From positions 1 to 64,000 of IMG/VR virus record IMGVR_UViG_2744054452_000001: a stretch of DNA of 64,000 bases; one strand, given 5' to 3'. This DNA comes from a virus (taxonomy: Duplodnaviria > Caudoviricetes). Positions 58,915-64,000 of this stretch are shown here, in pieces. The stretch's first letter is position 1, and every line of letters begins with the position of its first letter. The notes under the pieces are model-generated. The model had not been told where the DNA came from. It saw nothing but the letters and a program-made list of their open reading frames with translations, and searched no databases. The position numbers and the translations under genes are program-made.

Positions 58915-59598
58915 TCAGGAAAGGGCCGCGACGCGCTCTGCATCGCGGTTGAATACATCGACGGTCAGCTTTTCACGAAAGCGCTTGGTGATGCACAGAT
59001 CAGGCGCCAGGTCATCGACCATGTCGGTGTGGGTTGTGGCCACCAGCAGCGTGGCACCGACCTGGCGGGCCATCTTTTGCATGGTGTAGGCGACGACCTT
59101 GGCGGCCGTGCGGTCAAGGATGGCCAGGAATTCGTCGGCAGCCCAGACTTGAGCGCCGGTCTCGATGGCCTTTGCCAGCCGGAAGCGGTAGCGCTGGCCG
59201 TCCGACAGCTCGGAGGGGCGACGGCAGTACAGGTAGGCGTCTTGAATGCCGGCCACGCCCAGCAGGCGAATGGCGTCCTTGGCATCTTTGCCAATTTGGT
59301 CGATCAGGGGCTCGTCGGTGAAGGAAATCGAGTCCAGGTTGATGACGGAGTCGCCGGCAGCGGCCATCTGGGCTTGCAGCTCGCGCAGCAGCACGGATTT
59401 GCCCCCGCCCGACTGGCCAGTGATGTAAACCACGTCGCCTTGGGCAATCTGCAGCTCTAGGTTGTCGAAAACGACGAATTCCTTGTCATCCAGACCGATG
59501 CCAAACGCTTCGGCAATGGTCAGCACACGGTCAGAGCGCTGGATGCGCGTCATAAAGCGCTTGTCGATCTTGTAGGTGCGTCGCACGGGGGCGTTCAT
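58915..59598 (-). CDS. soluble ABC-type ATPase
   Basis: GQSGGGKS, LSDGQ signature, WAADEF, ATTH. Confidence 0.9.
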   Translation of the reverse strand: MNAPVRRTYKIDKRFMTRIQRSDRVLTIAEAFGIGLDDKEFVVFDNLELQIAQGDVVYITGQSGGGKSVLLRELQAQMAAAGDSVINLDSISFTDEPLIDQIGKDAKDAIRLLGVAGIQDAYLYCRRPSELSDGQRYRFRLAKAIETGAQVWAADEFLAILDRTAAKVVAYTMQKMARQVGATLLVATTHTDMVDDLAPDLCITKRFREKLTVDVFNRDAERVAALS

Positions 59599-60248
59599 GC
59601 TGTCTCCTTCTCGGTGAGCTCTTGAACCCATTTGCTGAACGCAGCCGCACCGGTCTCCCCGGTCGTCTTCTCTGCGATCGCCAGCATCTTTGCGATACCC
59701 CGGGCGGTGTCGGTGGGCACGTCCTTGAATCCGAAGGCGCGCGCAAGAGTGACGCGTGCCTCTGCAGCTGCAGCTGTACGCTTTGTCAGCTCTGCTTCCT
59801 GCTCCTGCAGCACGTCGTCCATGTCCTCCATGAACGCGCTGGTGTCGATGGCGCCCAGGTCGGCCGTGCCAAAGTCCAGCTCCTTGGCATCAAAGATGCC
59901 GCCCAGCAGCTCGGTGTTGAATTCAGCCAGGTCAGCGGTCAGCTTCTGGGTGTCCAGATCACCGATAGCCACGCGGTTGTCTGCGAGGCGGGCGGCCTTG
60001 ACCTGGTCGGGGGTGAGGTCGTAGCGCACCAGCACCAGAACCTCGGTCATGCCGAGCTCCAGGCATGCCAGGCGACGGCCATGGCCCTTGATGATGACGC
60101 CGAACTGGTCAACAACGATCGGCTGGTCAAAGCCGAAGCGCTGGATCGACGCGGCAATTGCCTTTACCTGTGCCTTGTCGTGCTTTTTGGCATTCAGCTC
60201 ATACGGAATGAGCGCGTGAATGTCCCATTTTTCAATCTTGCTATCCAC
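59595..60248 (-). CDS. ParB/Srx N-terminal domain protein
   Basis: PYELNAKKH, FGFDQPIVVD, IKGHGRR, RLADN; GTG 60248. Confidence 0.88.
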   Translation of the reverse strand: MDSKIEKWDIHALIPYELNAKKHDKAQVKAIAASIQRFGFDQPIVVDQFGVIIKGHGRRLACLELGMTEVLVLVRYDLTPDQVKAARLADNRVAIGDLDTQKLTADLAEFNTELLGGIFDAKELDFGTADLGAIDTSAFMEDMDDVLQEQEAELTKRTAAAAEARVTLARAFGFKDVPTDTARGIAKMLAIAEKTTGETGAAAFSKWVQELTEKETA

Positions 60249-60271
60249 TTTTCTTCTTCTTCTGTGGGTGA

Positions 60272-60412
60272 TTACTTGACGCGGGCGAGGATGACTCCGG
60301 CACTCTTTGCGCCAAGGTAAGCCTTGACCGTGTCGATGGCTGCCGCGTGGTCGTCTGTCTTCACGTCGAACTTGGAGACCTTGCCGCTCTTGTCCTTGAA
60401 GTACACGCGCAT
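60272..60412 (-). CDS. 46-aa small protein (below the ORF-track cutoff)
   Basis: MRVYFKDKSGKVSKFDVKTDDHAAAIDTVKAYLGAKSAGVILARVK; GGAG RBS; fills the gap between the two parB-like genes. Confidence 0.65.
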   Translation of the reverse strand: MRVYFKDKSGKVSKFDVKTDDHAAAIDTVKAYLGAKSAGVILARVK

Positions 60413-60414
60413 GG

Positions 60415-61092
60415 TTACTCCAGCCCCAGGTTGGACTTCGCGGCGTTGGCCACCTCCACCAGGGCCATGCCGGCGGCAACCAGGCTGTCTTCTTCCTTGT
60501 CGAAGCCACGGGCAACGATGAGCTTCTTGATGAGCTTTTCGACCGCCTCGCGGTCTTGGACGGGCACCTTGAAGCGCATCAGCTCGGTCAGCTTGACCGG
60601 GCGCTCGGCGGGTGCAGGAGTCACGTCATCCAGCGGGTCAACGTCAGCATCGAAGCCGATCTTCGACAGGTCGATCTCGTCAACGGCCTTGAACATGCCG
60701 GCCAGCTCGTCCTCCGTGTACGGCAGCATGGCAGCAACGTCTTCCATGCCAATGTCCTGCAGCACGGAGTTCAGGCGGGTCACGTCATCAATGCCGTAGC
60801 CGCCGTTGTCAGCAAGGCCGATCAGCTTGGCCTGCTTGTCATCAATCTTGCCCAGGCAGATGACAGGCACTTGCTCATGGCCGAGGTCTTTTGCGGCCCG
60901 CCAGCGGTGCTCACCACCTAGAATCTGAAAAGTGCCGTCATCCAGCTCACGCACGATGATCGGCTTGTAAAAATTGAGTTGCTTGAGCGAATTGCGCAAG
61001 CGCCCCTCCATTTCAGGAGAGACAACATTGGAGTTCCATGGGTTCGGGCGCAGGTGCCCCGTTGGAACGTAGATGATTTTCAGTTGATCCAC
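60415..61092 (-). CDS. ParB/Srx N-terminal domain protein
   Basis: LRPNPWNSN, KPIIVR, GGEHRWRAA. Confidence 0.88.
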   Translation of the reverse strand: MDQLKIIYVPTGHLRPNPWNSNVVSPEMEGRLRNSLKQLNFYKPIIVRELDDGTFQILGGEHRWRAAKDLGHEQVPVICLGKIDDKQAKLIGLADNGGYGIDDVTRLNSVLQDIGMEDVAAMLPYTEDELAGMFKAVDEIDLSKIGFDADVDPLDDVTPAPAERPVKLTELMRFKVPVQDREAVEKLIKKLIVARGFDKEEDSLVAAGMALVEVANAAKSNLGLE

Positions 61093-61112
61093 GATAATCG
61101 GGCCAATAAATG

Positions 61113-61130
61113 TAAGTCAGAACTGACTTA
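61113..61130. promoter_or_regulatory. perfect 18-bp palindrome TAAGTCAGAACTGACTTA (one of about 20 copies)
   Basis: Lies in the divergent parB/helicase gap; other copies are listed under findings. Confidence 0.85.
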
Positions 61131-61162
61131 CTTTAACTGCAAAGGCATACATAGGCAAGAAG

Positions 61163-62902
61163 ATGGTTCAGATTGGATATAACGCGGTTCACGCACAGGT
61201 TTTTGGCGCCACGACGGAGGAAAAGGTCGAGATCCACCGGCTGCTGAGCGTCGATGTGGAGAATTCGACAGGCAACACGCTGATTGGCCTCGACAGCTCG
61301 CGCTGGACTGGCCAGACGAGCTTTTTCAGCTTCGACAAGGGCACTTTCCCCGCCGGATTCGTTCATTTGGTCACGCAGGGGCTGCAGAAGTTCGGCAGCC
61401 AGGTGCGTGTGCAGCGCCCCGCCCTGCCCGAGCCCCTGGGGCCAGAGTTTCCCGAGGTCGATGAATTCGGCTACACCCCGCGCTATGACTATCAGCCCCG
61501 AGCGGTCGAGCAGCTGGTGCGCCATGGCCAGATCACCGTTCAGGTGGCGACCGGCGGCGGCAAATCACGCATCGCCCGGATGGCGCTCAAGCGCATCGAC
61601 CGGCGCTCTCTGTTCCTGACCACCAGGGGCATCCTGATGCACCAGATGCAGCGCGAGATCGAAAAGATGGAGGGCGAGTGCGCAATCCTGGGCGACGGAG
61701 AATGGGGCATCCCCTACACGAAGCCTGACGGTACAGAGGGCCGCCGACTGAGCAAGTTCTGCGTGGGCATGGTGCAGACGCTGGCGCAGCGCCTGGAGCC
61801 CAAGACCGTCAAATGGGAGCTGCAGGCGACGCTCGACCGCAACATGACTGCCCTCAAGAAGAAGGTGCAGGAATACAAGGCGCAGCTTGAAAAAGAAGGC
61901 ATCAAGGGTCTGGAGCGCGCGAATCGCCTGGTCGCTTTTGAGGACGACCTGAAATCCAAGCTCCCTACCGAGGATGACCTGCGCCCCGAGATCGAGATAA
62001 AGGTCGAGCGTCACGAGAAGATGCGCCTGGCGACCCAGAAGATGCTGGCCAAGTTTGAGCTGGTGATCGTTGAAGAGGCACACGAGGTCAGCTCAAACAG
62101 CTTCTACGCGGTGATGGAGTGCTGTACCGGCGCCTACTACCGCATGGCGGTCACTGCAACGCCCTTCATGCGCGAGGACGAGGCTGCAAACATGCGCTTG
62201 ATGGCAGCGTGCGGCCCGGTAGCCATTCAAATTTCGGAGCAGACCCTGATCGAGCGCGGCATTCTCGCCCGCCCCTTTTTCAAGATTCTGCAGGTGCCTG
62301 CGGATAAGAAGCCCGCCCTACTGACTCGCAGCACCCCATGGCAGCGCGCATACACCCTGGGCATCGTTGAGCACGAGTACCGCAACAAGATGATCGCCGC
62401 CGAGCTGATTATGGCCAAGCGCTTCGGTCTGAACGCGATGGTGCTGGTGCAGCACAAGACACACGGCAGAATCCTCAAGGAGCTGCTGACCAAGTACGGA
62501 CTGCGCTGCGAATTCATCTTCGGTGAGGACAACCAGAAAGCCCGCGACAAGGCGATCAAGAAGCTGGCCACCGGAGAGATTGACGTGCTGATCGGCTCCA
62601 CCATCCTTGACGTGGGTGTGGACGTGCCCAGCGTGGGCCTGATCGTGCTCGCCGGCGGCGGCAAGGCGGAGGTGGCGACACGCCAGCGCATCGGCCGCGG
62701 CCTGCGCGAAAAGAAGGGCAAACAGGCAGACGGCTCTCCCATGCCCAACTTCGCCTTCATCGTGGACGTGAACGACGACGCGAACAACTACCTGCAGGAT
62801 CACGCCCTGCAGCGCCTGCTCATCATCCAGAAAACACCGGGCTTTGCCGAGAACATCGTCAAGCAGTTTGACTACGAAGCCCTGGGATTCAATCGCATTT
62901 AA
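61163..62902 (+). CDS. SF2 DNA helicase
   Basis: YQ, ATGGGKS, VEEAH, TATP, DVGVDVP, QRIGRGLR. Confidence 0.93.
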   Translation: MVQIGYNAVHAQVFGATTEEKVEIHRLLSVDVENSTGNTLIGLDSSRWTGQTSFFSFDKGTFPAGFVHLVTQGLQKFGSQVRVQRPALPEPLGPEFPEVDEFGYTPRYDYQPRAVEQLVRHGQITVQVATGGGKSRIARMALKRIDRRSLFLTTRGILMHQMQREIEKMEGECAILGDGEWGIPYTKPDGTEGRRLSKFCVGMVQTLAQRLEPKTVKWELQATLDRNMTALKKKVQEYKAQLEKEGIKGLERANRLVAFEDDLKSKLPTEDDLRPEIEIKVERHEKMRLATQKMLAKFELVIVEEAHEVSSNSFYAVMECCTGAYYRMAVTATPFMREDEAANMRLMAACGPVAIQISEQTLIERGILARPFFKILQVPADKKPALLTRSTPWQRAYTLGIVEHEYRNKMIAAELIMAKRFGLNAMVLVQHKTHGRILKELLTKYGLRCEFIFGEDNQKARDKAIKKLATGEIDVLIGSTILDVGVDVPSVGLIVLAGGGKAEVATRQRIGRGLREKKGKQADGSPMPNFAFIVDVNDDANNYLQDHALQRLLIIQKTPGFAENIVKQFDYEALGFNRI

Positions 62903-62973
62903 TTTTATTTCAGAATACCTCAATAATATTTTGAGGTATATAATCTAAATAATATTGACAGAGTTACAAGAAA

Positions 62974-63354
62974 ATGAGCGAAGAAAACAAAGAAGTCAGG
63001 AAGCCAGGCAGACCCAAGGGCAGCGTGGACACGAAGCCCCGTGCATCGCGCAAGTCTGGCGAGCGCGAGGAAACCCATCAGAGCAGCTATCGCATCACCA
63101 AGCGAGAGGCAGAGGGTCTGCAGGCGTTCCTTGGTGTGCTCGGCAAGGATGTGGGGGTCAGCACCTTGCTGGGTTTGATCGGACGCAATGCCGAGCAGCT
63201 GACCGAAGAGGTGGCACCGGTGTTCGTGAACCTGTTGTCCAAGGATCGTGACGAGCAAAAGTCGGCTGTCCGTATTGCCGGCGCTGCCGACCGACTGCGC
63301 AAGTTTCTGACGCCGGATGAGCTGCAGCAGCTCGCTACAGAACTGAAAGCCTGA
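62974..63354 (+). CDS. hypothetical protein (AT-hook-like GRPKG)
   Basis: 126-aa ORF. Confidence 0.65.
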   Translation: MSEENKEVRKPGRPKGSVDTKPRASRKSGEREETHQSSYRITKREAEGLQAFLGVLGKDVGVSTLLGLIGRNAEQLTEEVAPVFVNLLSKDRDEQKSAVRIAGAADRLRKFLTPDELQQLATELKA

Positions 63355-63357
63355 GAC

Positions 63358-64000
63358 ATGGCAGCCATGACCTCTATGTCGGAAGTGACTGCCCTGGTAC
63401 TGGAGCGCGGCTCCCGCGACCCCGCGCACGTCGCAGGGCCAGATCTGACCATTGCGGTACGGGTGCTCAAATCCCATGGCGTCGCCCCGCCCAGCGGCTC
63501 GGCAGTCGCCGCGTCCACTGTCAAGAGGTGGTTCGCCTCTGTCCCCGCGGCCGCCAGCGTGGTCGTGGGCGGCAAGGCATGCCTCGTGCAGGCTCCGAAT
63601 CCCGTGATTGACGAGCTGGTGCGTGCATGGACGGCAGACAACACCTCTGCCCTATCGAGCTACCTGCAGGAGTTCAAGACCATGCCCGACATGCTGGAGC
63701 TGGTCGGATTTGATGACCTGGTGCCGGAGGACGCCCGGGTGCTGACCTGCACCGACCATGAATCGTTCCTGCACCTGCACACGGACATTGAATCGAAGGA
63801 GCCGACTCCGGCATCCAAGCCTGGGCCAAAGTTCATGCCAGAGGTAAGCGCCGCATTGGAGCGCAATCGGGATGCATTCGACGCGAAGTCAGAGCCCGTC
63901 AAGGTCACACTTGCGGAGGATTCCCTGGTGAACAAGCAGCTTGCAGAGCGCATGGCAAACGAGCTCGCGCGCCAGCGCGGAAGCGAGCAGACCATCGAGG
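63358..64000 (+). CDS. hypothetical protein (partial, runs off the right edge)
   Basis: Frame opens at ATG 63358, directly after the previous stop. Confidence 0.6.
   Translation, partial: MAAMTSMSEVTALVLERGSRDPAHVAGPDLTIAVRVLKSHGVAPPSGSAVAASTVKRWFASVPAAASVVVGGKACLVQAPNPVIDELVRAWTADNTSALSSYLQEFKTMPDMLELVGFDDLVPEDARVLTCTDHESFLHLHTDIESKEPTPASKPGPKFMPEVSAALERNRDAFDAKSEPVKVTLAEDSLVNKQLAERMANELARQRGSEQTIE

Noticed and set aside
58915-59598. ABC ATPase as a transporter
   Set aside because: No permease or binding protein nearby; the context is ParB/GNAT/terminase
59595-61092. ParB-like genes as the partition partner of parA
   Set aside because: They are about 50 kb away, show only the ParB-N domain, and parA already has a coupled RHH-like partner
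2042-61130. 18-bp repeats as a CRISPR array or REP elements
   Set aside because: Dispersed single copies with no regular spacers and no cas or transposase genes

Overview
The whole window is part of a large temperate phage-plasmid with a siphovirus-type (lambda J/I/K/L/M) tail. Its gene order resembles SSU5/pHCM2-type elements, which is an inference from synteny; the host cannot be determined from sequence alone. Left to right: dnaE (partial), a CobS/CobT-like AAA+/VWA pair, a divergent HTH repressor, a parA/RHH/rep cassette with an origin-like region, mqsR plus an extended mqsA, ligase/primase/helicase, a phage-encoded Hfq homologue, phoH, two small anti-defence-like genes, a lysis cassette, tail, head and terminase genes, a ParB/ABC-ATPase/GNAT/thioredoxin cluster and an SF2 helicase. 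Three regulatory layers are visible in the DNA. (1) About 20 copies of an 18-bp palindrome, TAAGTCAG-NN-CTGACTTA, lie mostly at gene junctions. (2) (AAN)4-6 tracts, the classic Hfq distal-face motif, sit at the translation starts of many virion genes, and the element carries an Hfq that keeps its proximal face but has lost the distal-face and rim residues. (3) A leader ORF containing an intrinsic terminator lies directly upstream of terS. The Hfq plus AAN-tract combination is the best candidate for an undescribed system.
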